A DNA stretch of 32,000 nt from Massilicoli timonensis (GTDB lineage: Bacteria > Bacillota_I > Bacilli_A > Erysipelotrichales > Erysipelotrichaceae). A model generated the notes under the pieces. That model worked only from the letters and a program-made list of their open reading frames with translations, was not told the origin of the DNA and ran no database searches. The DNA lies in NCBI RefSeq assembly GCF_900199515.1, contig NZ_LT963434.1, positions 1,892,180-1,924,179 of the forward strand, in the 5' to 3' direction. Both the position numbers and the translations under genes were made by a program. Within the stretch, counting starts at the first letter, position 1. The number at the start of each line of letters is the position of its first letter. Positions 16,897 to 24,839 of this stretch are shown here, in pieces.

Positions 16897-16898
16897 AC

Positions 16899-18086
16899 TT
16901 AAAATTGATTGGTATCGGTATTGCCGCTGTTGCCTAAAGTCAGCGTTATGGTCATTTCTTTGCCATCGCGTTTTACGATCATTTTCAGCTGATCGCCTGC
17001 CTTATGCGCATGAATGATCTTTTTCGCTTCGCTTGCACTGTCGATTTCTTCTCCATCCATCTGTATGATCTGATCACCGACTTTTAATCCTGCTTCATCA
17101 GCAGCAGTGCCATTTTCTACCTGTGCGATGTAAACGCCTAAGCTGCTTACACCATAACGCATTGCCGTCATTTCATCTTCTACATCGACCATTGATACGC
17201 CCAGTTTGGCCCGTGTCGTGACATAGCCGTTTTCCAGCAATTCCTCGATCACTGTTTTCGCATCGTTGATCGGAATCGCAAAGCCTAGGCCCTCGATGCT
17301 TTCTCCTGATGATTTCGCATTGACAATGCCGATCAGATTGCCGTTTGCATCAAACAAGCCTCCGCCGGAATTACCGGGATTGATTGCCGCATTGGTCTGC
17401 ATCAGCGTCATCGTTTCACCGTCGATCGTCAATTCTCGATCTAAAGCGGAAATGACTCCGGTCGTAAAGGTACCGCCAAGTGTTCCCAAAGGATTACCGA
17501 TCGCCACTGCCGTATCGCCGACCGATAATTGATCTGAGTCGCCTAATACCGCAGGCGTTAAATCATCGGCTTCGATCTTAATGACAGCCAGATCGCTTTG
17601 TTCATCGCTGCCTACATATTTGGCGTTATAGGTCTTGCCGTTTTTTAAGGTAACCGTTACTTTCGATGCACCGTCAATGACATGGTGATTGGTTACGATA
17701 TAGCCGTCTTTTGAGATAATGACACCGCTGCCTGCTCCCTCGGTAATATAATCCTGCATAAAAGATCCGGTCGTCTTTGATTCAGTCTGAATGGCAACGA
17801 CGCTGTCCATCGTTTTCTCTGCGATCTGCGTGTAAGTCAAACCGGAGCTCGTCTTAGTAGAGGTAGGGGTAGCCGTGCTGGTTTGAATAACCGGCGTACT
17901 GTCATCATTCAGCGCATTGTAACAATATGCGCCGCCGACTCCGCTGCCAAATCCCAAAGCGAGGATCGCAGCACCGCTCAGCACTCTCTTTGCCATCGGA
18001 TTTTTTGCCTTTTTCGGTTTTGGTTCTTCCGGTTGTTTCTGTGGCTCCTGCATGATCGTTTCTTCCGTTATATTAAAATCTTCCAT
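16899..18086 (-). CDS. htrA: HtrA/DegP-family membrane-anchored serine protease with PDZ domain
   Basis: 395 aa. TM anchor (VLSGAAILALGFGSGVGGAY), catalytic triad contexts TNHHVI / DLAVIKI / GNSGGGL, and a C-terminal PDZ domain (GLKVGDQIIQMDG). Confidence 0.9.
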   Translation of the reverse strand: MEDFNITEETIMQEPQKQPEEPKPKKAKNPMAKRVLSGAAILALGFGSGVGGAYCYNALNDDSTPVIQTSTATPTSTKTSSGLTYTQIAEKTMDSVVAIQTESKTTGSFMQDYITEGAGSGVIISKDGYIVTNHHVIDGASKVTVTLKNGKTYNAKYVGSDEQSDLAVIKIEADDLTPAVLGDSDQLSVGDTAVAIGNPLGTLGGTFTTGVISALDRELTIDGETMTLMQTNAAINPGNSGGGLFDANGNLIGIVNAKSSGESIEGLGFAIPINDAKTVIEELLENGYVTTRAKLGVSMVDVEDEMTAMRYGVSSLGVYIAQVENGTAADEAGLKVGDQIIQMDGEEIDSASEAKKIIHAHKAGDQLKMIVKRDGKEMTITLTLGNSGNTDTNQF

Positions 18087-18416
18087 CGTACATTCCTTCT
18101 TTCTTCTTACAGTGTATAGTTTATACCAAAAAAATCAACTTATTTGTTAGAAAAAGATGTGAAATTATCATATTTTTTTCTGTTTCTCCCTTTGAATATG
18201 TGATGGAAGGGAAAACGGAGGCACATTGCTTAACTCCCTTTCAGAAAACGTTCATTTCTCTCACTTTGAAGCGGTTTTATGAGAAAATGTCGGGTACTGT
18301 TTCTAAATTGATATATTTCTTAAAAATTCGATAGGGAAGTGTTATAATATAAGAAAGGAACAGTTTTATGTCACTGTATAAAACACGATACAATTTGGGA
18401 AAAAGGAGAACGAGTC

Positions 18417-19550
18417 ATGAAAACGGAAACAAAAGCATCGACGAGGAAAGTAAAGACGGAAATTACAAAGGAACAGGCAGTGAAAAAAACAAAGCAGACT
18501 GGCGCTAAAGGGAAAAGCACAAAAGCGGAAGTAAAGCAGATCGCCGCTAAGCCGGAAGCCAAGAAACTGACAACGGCCAAAACAGCACCGGCAATCGCCG
18601 CTAAGCCATCTCCAAAACGGATTGCGGCCGCAAAAGAGCCAAAGCGCATCGCCGCTAAAAAACAAGAAGCGCTCGAGCTGAAGAAAGCGCCGAAAAAAAC
18701 AAAGAAGCAGTTGGCGGCGGAAAAGGATGCGGTCTATGATCTAATGAATCTAGAGGACTGCTTTGCGGTCCTGCATGCACATGGATTCACGAAGCAGTAT
18801 TGGGACGTCGTAGAATTATTGACATATGAGCGTGATGTCGATGAAATTGTCAAACGGCTGGTGGAAGAATCAGAACCGCAGTTTGCTAATGCGACGTATG
18901 AAAAAGATGGCTGTGACAGAGAACTGGTAGAGCGGCTAGTGCAGTTTGTCAGATCGCAGCTGCCGATCAGTGCGCCTGATTTTGCGGATCTGTGCCGGAT
19001 GATCGACGAGTCGCTTGGGTTTGAAGCCGGCGAGGAATTCGGTTTGAACTCAGAAGAATACCTAAAAGAATTTCATTTGATGGAAAAACTGCTGGTAATC
19101 GGTCAGCGCTATCATTTAGATTCGCTGGAAAAGGTAGGAGAACTGTTAAAGCATTCGGTAATGGACTTCCCGGCGCATTTTATGAAATTTGCATATGCGA
19201 CGCTGCCGCAGTATCAGTACAAGGATGTCGTGTTCTATGAGGACTTTATGTATGAGGTATTGGGACAGTTTGCGGATCTGTATGGAGATTTGCAGCTGGA
19301 ACTGCAATTAGATGTTGCGGATCTATATATCAAGCACGGTGATCAATGGCATGGTGATGAAGATTACCGTTATCTGCTCAGAGATAATCAGATCAAGGAT
19401 TATATTTATTACCGTTATGCTTCGGTGTATTTGGGAACAGATTTATGGAAAGCAAAAGAGATTGCGCAAAGTGCGCTTGCCTGCGTAGACTGGCGTTATC
19501 GGTATTACGATGCGTTGTGCGAAATCGCATCAATGGAGCTGCCACAGTAA
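18417..19550 (+). CDS. Hypothetical protein: Lys/Ala/Pro-rich histone-H1-like N-terminal tail plus an acidic Tyr-rich helical domain
   Basis: 377 aa. Residues 1-100 are about one-third Lys, with IAAKP/IAAKK repeats. The remainder matches no motif I recognise. AAAGGAG SD upstream and a terminator downstream. Confidence 0.7.
   Translation: MKTETKASTRKVKTEITKEQAVKKTKQTGAKGKSTKAEVKQIAAKPEAKKLTTAKTAPAIAAKPSPKRIAAAKEPKRIAAKKQEALELKKAPKKTKKQLAAEKDAVYDLMNLEDCFAVLHAHGFTKQYWDVVELLTYERDVDEIVKRLVEESEPQFANATYEKDGCDRELVERLVQFVRSQLPISAPDFADLCRMIDESLGFEAGEEFGLNSEEYLKEFHLMEKLLVIGQRYHLDSLEKVGELLKHSVMDFPAHFMKFAYATLPQYQYKDVVFYEDFMYEVLGQFADLYGDLQLELQLDVADLYIKHGDQWHGDEDYRYLLRDNQIKDYIYYRYASVYLGTDLWKAKEIAQSALACVDWRYRYYDALCEIASMELPQ
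18540..18661 (+). repeat. Three phased coding repeats (54-bp / 18-aa period)
   Basis: ATCGCCGCTAAGCC starts at 18540 and 18594, and ATCGCCGCTAA at 18648, exactly 54 bp apart. They encode IAAKP.., IAAKP.., IAAKK... Confidence 0.8.
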
Positions 19551-19620
19551 ATGAGCAAGAAAGAGCCGAAAGGGAAAGCAGTCTTTGTTATTGCCGTATT
19601 TTAATAACAGAGTTGCTGGC

Positions 19621-19641
19621 AGAGCCTAGGCTCTTTTTTTG
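19621..19641 (+). terminator. Rho-independent terminator
   Basis: AGAGCC-tag-GCTCT followed by T7. Confidence 0.6.
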
Positions 19642-19710
19642 TCTTAAACGACGGATAAAAGGATGGTAAAAAAGTGCGCTTGAAAATGTTTCGAAAAGTA
19701 AAAAAAAGCA

Positions 19711-19739
19711 TTGACAGGCGCATGGTTACTTGCTATAAT
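19711..19739 (+). promoter_or_regulatory. Promoter of tRNA-Glu
   Basis: TTGACA (19711-19716), 17 nt spacer, TATAAT (19734-19739). Confidence 0.7.
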
Positions 19740-19778
19740 ATGCAAGCACGCTGATCAACAGCGTTTTACATAGATCCT

Positions 19779-19854
19779 GGCGCGTTGGAGAAACGGTTAA
19801 CTCACATGCCTTTCACGCATGCATTCACGGGTTCGAATCCCGTACGCGTCACCA
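19779..19854 (+). tRNA. tRNA-Glu (anticodon UUC), CCA encoded
   Basis: Acceptor stem GGCGCGT/ACGCGTC, anticodon stem CATGC/GCATG with loop CTTTCAC, T-arm ACGGG-TTCGAAT-CCCGT. Close to B. subtilis tRNA-Glu. Confidence 0.9.
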
Positions 19855-19867
19855 TTATAAAAAAGCG

Positions 19868-19900
19868 GACTGTGAAGAATATGAGAACACAGTCTTTTTT
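19868..19900 (+). terminator. Rho-independent terminator after tRNA-Glu
   Basis: GACTGTG (19868-19874) pairs with CACAGTC (19888-19894), followed by T6. Confidence 0.65.
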
Positions 19901-20192
19901 ATTGTTTCATGGGCTTTTCACTTCTGCTAACAGAAAAGTATGGATGTAAAAAAATGATAAAATTAAAGAATTGTGATCCTATTCAAATGGCGGCTTTTCA
20001 TCGGTGATGCAGCCTTTGCTCGTTGTCATGTGCTTAGGGCTGTGTGCCGATCACAAATACAATTTACGATTGATGATTGGGTTCGCCATGGATGTCATCA
20101 CGGAGCACATCAAAGCTGCGTTATGAAAACGCAAATGGAAACAACCGCTTTACTCAAAACGGCTGTTTTTATGTCATAAATCATTCGATCAG

Positions 20193-21869
20193 CTATTTTG
20201 TAAGCTGGTCGGCTTCATTTTGGCGAAACAGAAATTGGAATCGCTTAAAGCGCATGCCATCTCGCTCAATGGTTTCTAAAAACATATCCAGCGGGCGCAC
20301 CCACAAGGCAAAATCACCATACATCTGCCGATAGATCACATAAGGCTTTGCTTCCTCACTATGGGTTGCTAGTGCGATCACTTTATAAAGATTTCCCTTA
20401 AAATGGCGATAGATTCCATTGATAATGATCTCATTTGGATCGCTCTGTTCTGCTTGCGGCAGATTTTCTTTTGCATGTTCATTGATCTGCATGACCAAAG
20501 CATCTTCATCCGGCAAAGAATCATCTTTTTCTTCCGCAAGCATAGAAGAAAGCAGAATACAGGATTTCGGCGGCAAGGTCAAAGTGATTTCCTCATTTTC
20601 AGGGAAATACAGCGTGTGGTGAATGACATCGCATAACGGCAGATCGGAAGAGAAAGCAAGGGTGTAAGGCTGCTCATCTAAATTACAGGCAACGCAAAAA
20701 CGCTCTTTTGGACATGTGCGTTGAAATACAAATTGTTCATTTCTGACGATGACCTGTGCATAATCTCCACTTATCAGCGCAGGATGCTCTTTGCGTAAAT
20801 GGGCAAGCTCGCTGATCCAAGAAAGCAGCTCATGTGAACGGTTTTGTTGCTTGATCGCGATTGCCGGGCGCAGGGAAGCATCACTTCCATATTCTTTTTT
20901 TCCATGGATGCCCCATTCACTGCCGTAATAAATGCTCGGTATGCCGGGAATGGTAAATAATAAAGCATAAAGTGCCTGCAGATCAAAAGGATCCTGTAAT
21001 TGATCGCAGATACGAGTAACATCGTGATTATCGACAAATTGATAAAGCGGAAGTCCACGATAAATACCGCGATCACCGAACTGCCGATTCAGCGAATAAG
21101 CGATTTCGAAAAAATTGCGGGAATTAAAAGAGGAATACAGTCCTTTATAAACTTCATAATTGGTCGTACTGTCTAACATCTGCGCATTTGCCCAGCGATT
21201 GTAATCACCGTGGATCACTTCTCCAAGCAAGAAAAAATCTGCCCGTTTGGCTTTGACAAAAGTACGTAATTGTTCAAAGAACGAAAAGGCAATGCAATTC
21301 GCCGCATCCAAACGCAGCCCATCGATCTGAAATTCCTCTATCCACATCTGTATGGCTTTCAATAGATAGTCTAACACTTCTTCATTTGCCAAATTCAGTT
21401 TTACCAGATTATAATGCCCTTCCCAGCACGCATAGGAAAACCCATCATGATAGGGGGAATCCTGTGTAAAAGCAACACCTTCAAACCAGTTTCTGTAAAG
21501 GGAGCTTTCCTTGTTTTGCAATAGATCTTTGAAAGCGAAAAAATCACGCCCGACGTGATGAAAAACACCATCTAAGATGATCTTGATGCCTGCCTGATGA
21601 AAAGCAGATACGACTTGCTTAAAATCCGCATTTGTTCCCAGTCGATGATCGATCGTAAAATAGTCGATGGTATCATAGCCATGCTCCTCACTTTCAAAGA
21701 TCGGCCCTAAATAGAGCGCATCCATGCCCAGTTCCTGTAAGTGGGGGATCCAATCAATCAATTCCAGAATGCGATGTTTTATTTGTGATGATGCGATATG
21801 ATGGCTTTCACATCCAAAACAGCCTAGTGGATAAAGATGATAACAGTTCGCTTGTTCATACCAGTACAT
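20193..21869 (-). CDS. GH13 alpha-amylase-family glycoside hydrolase fused to a C-terminal DUF1653 domain
   Basis: 558 aa. GH13 regions I-IV are DGVFHH, GLRLDAANC, LLGEVIH and FVDNHD. The last ~80 aa (GIYRHFKGNLYKVIALATHSEEAKPYVIYRQMYGDFALWVRPLDMF) match my memory of DUF1653. Confidence 0.85.
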   Translation of the reverse strand: MYWYEQANCYHLYPLGCFGCESHHIASSQIKHRILELIDWIPHLQELGMDALYLGPIFESEEHGYDTIDYFTIDHRLGTNADFKQVVSAFHQAGIKIILDGVFHHVGRDFFAFKDLLQNKESSLYRNWFEGVAFTQDSPYHDGFSYACWEGHYNLVKLNLANEEVLDYLLKAIQMWIEEFQIDGLRLDAANCIAFSFFEQLRTFVKAKRADFFLLGEVIHGDYNRWANAQMLDSTTNYEVYKGLYSSFNSRNFFEIAYSLNRQFGDRGIYRGLPLYQFVDNHDVTRICDQLQDPFDLQALYALLFTIPGIPSIYYGSEWGIHGKKEYGSDASLRPAIAIKQQNRSHELLSWISELAHLRKEHPALISGDYAQVIVRNEQFVFQRTCPKERFCVACNLDEQPYTLAFSSDLPLCDVIHHTLYFPENEEITLTLPPKSCILLSSMLAEEKDDSLPDEDALVMQINEHAKENLPQAEQSDPNEIIINGIYRHFKGNLYKVIALATHSEEAKPYVIYRQMYGDFALWVRPLDMFLETIERDGMRFKRFQFLFRQNEADQLTK

Positions 21870-21998
21870 AAGATCTTCCTTTCACTTCTGCTAGTATTGT
21901 ACCACTTTTTCTACTTTATGAATATGTGCGCTGTTCAATTCCTCTTAAAGATAAGGATGCGATGTGATACAATGAAAGTGTGAAATGAGGTGCAGTAT

Positions 21999-22490
21999 AT
22001 GAATTTATGTATCAAAGAAAAGTTTTCATGGAAAGAATCATTTTATGTTTATGACGAAGCGGGCAATCCGGTTTATCAAGCAGTTGGGAAAGCCTTTTCT
22101 TTCGGGCATAAGGTCAAGATCTATAATATGGCGCAAGAAGAAGTAGCGGATATCAAACAACAGATGTGGTCGTTTACACGGAAGTATGCGGTAACGATCG
22201 CGCAAGAAACATATGAGGTGCGAAAACGATTCGCGCTGACGCCAAAATATGAAGTTGCAGGGAAAGACTGGGAAATCAGAGGCAATTTCTTTGCGTATGA
22301 TTTTGTGATGAAACAAAATGATCGTTTGATCGCGGAAGTCGAAAAGCGGATGTTTACATGGGCGGATACCTATGATTTGATGATCGTTGAGGAAGCAGAT
22401 GCTTTACTGGCGCTTTGTGTGATGCTGATCATCGACATGGATAAAGATGACGGCGCCGCATCATCGGCATCCGCAAGTGCAGGAGGGTAA
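21999..22490 (+). CDS. LURP-one-related / YxjI-like (tubby C-terminal-like fold) protein
   Basis: About 163 aa. The pattern ..IKEKF.....F.VYDE.G...Y...GK.FS.G.K..IY......V..I.Q......KY.V fits the PF04525-type family. The ORF-track GTG at 21990 lies inside the GAGGTG SD; ATG at 21999 is preferred. Confidence 0.7.
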   Translation: MNLCIKEKFSWKESFYVYDEAGNPVYQAVGKAFSFGHKVKIYNMAQEEVADIKQQMWSFTRKYAVTIAQETYEVRKRFALTPKYEVAGKDWEIRGNFFAYDFVMKQNDRLIAEVEKRMFTWADTYDLMIVEEADALLALCVMLIIDMDKDDGAASSASASAGG

Positions 22491-22600
22491 CAGTTAGACA
22501 ATGGAACAAGATCAAAAATAAGCATGTATAAGCAAAATGAGATTTTATTTTTCTGCTCGTTTTAAGAAATAAACATCAGATCATGTGCGATCGCTGTCTT

Positions 22601-22634
22601 GGATATTCTGTATTTGTGGAATATCCGTTTATTT
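22601..22634 (+). terminator. Possible terminator for the LURP-like gene
   Basis: GGATATTC (22601-22608) pairs with GAATATCC (22619-22626), followed by GTTTATTT. Confidence 0.4.
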
Positions 22635-22641
22635 ACAAATG

Positions 22642-22665
22642 AAAACGGAGCTGTTAGCAGCTCCG
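22642..22665 (-). terminator. Terminator of the lipoprotein gene
   Basis: On the minus strand, CGGAGCTG-ctaa-CAGCTCCG followed by TTTT. Confidence 0.55.
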
Positions 22666-22736
22666 CTGTCGTGTTACAGTAATTGCAGCGGCTTTACAAA
22701 AAGTGATTTCCACCTGCAACAATATAGCGATCGCTT

Positions 22737-23432
22737 TCATAAATCAATGATATCATCTAAGTTTTCCCATTCATTCGTGAAATTATTTCGTACTTGTATA
22801 GAACTTCCGGATTGTGATTTGGTATCCTTTACTTCTCTTAGTCCTGTCTGGTAATGGACGATCGCATAAGCGCCGTCGTTATGAATGTCGCTGTCTTCCA
22901 CTAAATAAGCTAAATAGGTCTTTCCTTCTTCCACATCAATGTCACCTGTGAAGTATTCTTTTACATATTTTGGCTTTTTTTCCATTTTCAGCAGCATTTC
23001 CTGTTCTTTTTCGGGACGGGTTTTCACAAATTCATTGAATTCCACTTTTCCGCCGGTACGGTAAAAAGTGATTTCCTGCTGTTCATCCAAAACATTCTTA
23101 AAACTCTTTAAGATGGTTGCTTTCCCGAAAGTCTGCGGTGTGATATACGCATCGAAAACACTGCTGTAAGTCTCAACGCCATCAATGCGATCGACATGAA
23201 TAATGGCAACTTCGATGGAATTCTCGTAGGCAAAAGCAGTATCCCGCAGATCATGGGCAAAATAACCTTCATGTTCAAAATAAATCATATCCTCATCCTG
23301 TGTTTCCTGTTGCTCGACAACCTTTGAGGATGGCTGCTCTTGTTTTGAATCCGGAGCTTTTTTATCGTTTGCATCATTTGCGAAACATCCGCATAATATA
23401 CAAATGAACAGTAACATGCTTATTTTTTTCAT
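22737..23432 (-). CDS. Lipoprotein of unknown function
   Basis: 231 aa. Signal peptide with lipobox MKKISMLLFICILCGC, followed by an acidic low-complexity linker. Confidence 0.75.
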   Translation of the reverse strand: MKKISMLLFICILCGCFANDANDKKAPDSKQEQPSSKVVEQQETQDEDMIYFEHEGYFAHDLRDTAFAYENSIEVAIIHVDRIDGVETYSSVFDAYITPQTFGKATILKSFKNVLDEQQEITFYRTGGKVEFNEFVKTRPEKEQEMLLKMEKKPKYVKEYFTGDIDVEEGKTYLAYLVEDSDIHNDGAYAIVHYQTGLREVKDTKSQSGSSIQVRNNFTNEWENLDDIIDL

Positions 23433-23523
23433 AGTGGTTCCTCCCGCTAGGTTTATTTCATTTATTTTATAATGTAATTATAGCAGTAATACAAATAAAA
23501 TGATAGCGTTTGCAGAAAAGATA

Positions 23524-23552
23524 TTGACAAACTGGTTATAACGAGTTATATT
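23524..23552 (+). promoter_or_regulatory. gntR promoter with embedded operator-like motif
   Basis: TTGACA (23524-23529), 17 nt spacer, TATATT (23547-23552). The spacer contains AAACTGGTTATAACGA (23529-23544) with the perfect palindrome GTTATAAC. Confidence 0.6.
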
Positions 23553-23562
23553 GAATGTGTAA

Positions 23563-24300
23563 ATGGAGGCTGATAAATTGCAGGAAACGTTTAACAAAGT
23601 CCCACTTTACTGTCAACTTGCATCAAAAATAGCAGAACAAATTGAAAATGGTACCTATCAAGAGGGAGATCGCATTCCTTCAGAGCGTGAACTATGTAAC
23701 ATTTACCATGTTTCGAGAATGACGGTTCGCCTCGCAATTGATGAATTAGTAAGAAAGGGGAAAATTGAAAAAAGCCAAGGGAAAGGTACTTATGTTTCTA
23801 ATAAAAGCATTGTTCAGAGTTTGAATAATGTTTATAGCTTCTCAAAAGAGATGGAAAAGCAAGGAAAGATCTCATCGACACAGATCATTAAAAGAGAAAT
23901 AGTACCTGCTGATTATAAAGTTGCGAAGCATTTAGGGATAGAAGAAGGAGAACAAGTTGTATTTCTGGAACGTCTGCGATTAGCAGAAAATGTTGCGGTC
24001 ATGGTTGAGAAGGCATGGTTTCCATATCATTCTTTCGCGTTTTTACTGAATATTGATTTCACGAAAAAAGGGTTATATAAAACATTAGAAGAAGAGTACA
24101 ATGTTAAGATCAATCGGGCGATCGAGACATTCAAAGCGACCGAGCTTAACAGCCATGAATGTAATTTACTGCATTGTCGAAAAAATCAATATGGATTGCT
24201 GGTAAAAAGAACATCCTATTGCAATGACAAAACGATTTGTTATTCGACGATCGTATCGAAAGGAGACATCTTTGAGTTTACAGTTCAATTAGGGCAATAA
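23563..24300 (+). CDS. GntR-family transcriptional regulator, HutC/UTRA subfamily
   Basis: Winged-HTH signature PSERELCNIYHVSRMTVRLAIDELVRKG plus a UTRA-sized effector domain. The true start may be TTG at 23578, 8 nt after GGAGG (23565-23569). Confidence 0.88.
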   Translation: MEADKLQETFNKVPLYCQLASKIAEQIENGTYQEGDRIPSERELCNIYHVSRMTVRLAIDELVRKGKIEKSQGKGTYVSNKSIVQSLNNVYSFSKEMEKQGKISSTQIIKREIVPADYKVAKHLGIEEGEQVVFLERLRLAENVAVMVEKAWFPYHSFAFLLNIDFTKKGLYKTLEEEYNVKINRAIETFKATELNSHECNLLHCRKNQYGLLVKRTSYCNDKTICYSTIVSKGDIFEFTVQLGQ

Positions 24301-24302
24301 TA

Positions 24303-24326
24303 TGGGAACATAGCTTCCCATTATTA
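24303..24326 (+). terminator. Possible terminator after gntR
   Basis: TGGGAA-catagc-TTCCCA followed by TTATTAT. Confidence 0.45.
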
Positions 24327-24332
24327 TGGTAA

Positions 24333-24362
24333 AAACTGGTTATAACGACATAACGATATAAT
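24333..24362 (+). promoter_or_regulatory. PTS operon promoter region with second copy of the operator-like motif
   Basis: An identical 16-mer AAACTGGTTATAACGA (24333-24348) occupies the -35 position relative to TATAAT (24357-24362). Confidence 0.55.
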
Positions 24363-24386
24363 GTGTAATGGAAATGAGGAGGAACT

Positions 24387-24830
24387 ATGATAAGAGACTA
24401 TTTAACAGAAGATTTGGTTTTATGTGATAAGAAAGTCAATGACTGGCGAGAAGCGGCACGTGTTGCAGGGAAGCTTCTGCAGGATAAGGATAAAGTAAAC
24501 GATGCATTCATTGCTTCTATGATTGAAACAGTAGAGAAATTTGGACCGTACATGATTCTTGTTCCTAAAGTGTGTTTCTTTCATGGGCAGCCAGGTGAAA
24601 ATGTGAAGGAGCCTTGTCTTTCGTTGGTCGTGTTTCGGGAGTCGATCACATTTTCTGAGTTTGACGATCAGGAGATCAGTTGTTGCTTCGCTTTTGGGGC
24701 GACGGATGTACAATCGCATATGGAAATGATCAGGAGCGTTGCCCAAATACTGCAAGATGAAGATTTTATTCAGGCGATAACAGGTAATGAGCCAAAAGAA
24801 AAAATCATGGCTATGATACAAAACTATTAG
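24387..24830 (+). CDS. PTS EIIA component (EIIA-2 fold, ascorbate/mannitol type)
   Basis: 147 aa. Size and pattern match PTS_EIIA_2, with a candidate phospho-His in VCFFHGQPG. GAGGAGG SD. In an operon with Asc-type IIB and IIC. Confidence 0.8.
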   Translation: MIRDYLTEDLVLCDKKVNDWREAARVAGKLLQDKDKVNDAFIASMIETVEKFGPYMILVPKVCFFHGQPGENVKEPCLSLVVFRESITFSEFDDQEISCCFAFGATDVQSHMEMIRSVAQILQDEDFIQAITGNEPKEKIMAMIQNY

Positions 24831-24839
24831 GAGGGTAAG

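Noticed and set aside
18366-18665. Two minus-strand ORFs (99 and 92 aa) opposite the Lys/Ala repeat region.
   Set aside because: They are the mirror image of the repetitive AAG/GCC-rich coding repeat. They are Cys/Phe-rich, have no SD, and overlap the better-supported + strand gene.
21962-21973. An identical 12-mer ATGTGATACAAT at 21962-21973 (LURP-like gene promoter) and 27543-27554 (cinA promoter). TGTGATAC also occurs at 10021-10028 and on the minus strand at 1574-1581.
   Set aside because: It is best explained as TGn-TACAAT extended -10 promoters, a style used throughout this window. There is no palindromic partner (TCACA) at Crp/Fnr spacing. The other two copies are in unrelated contexts: an RNA stem and the pepF SD-start spacer.
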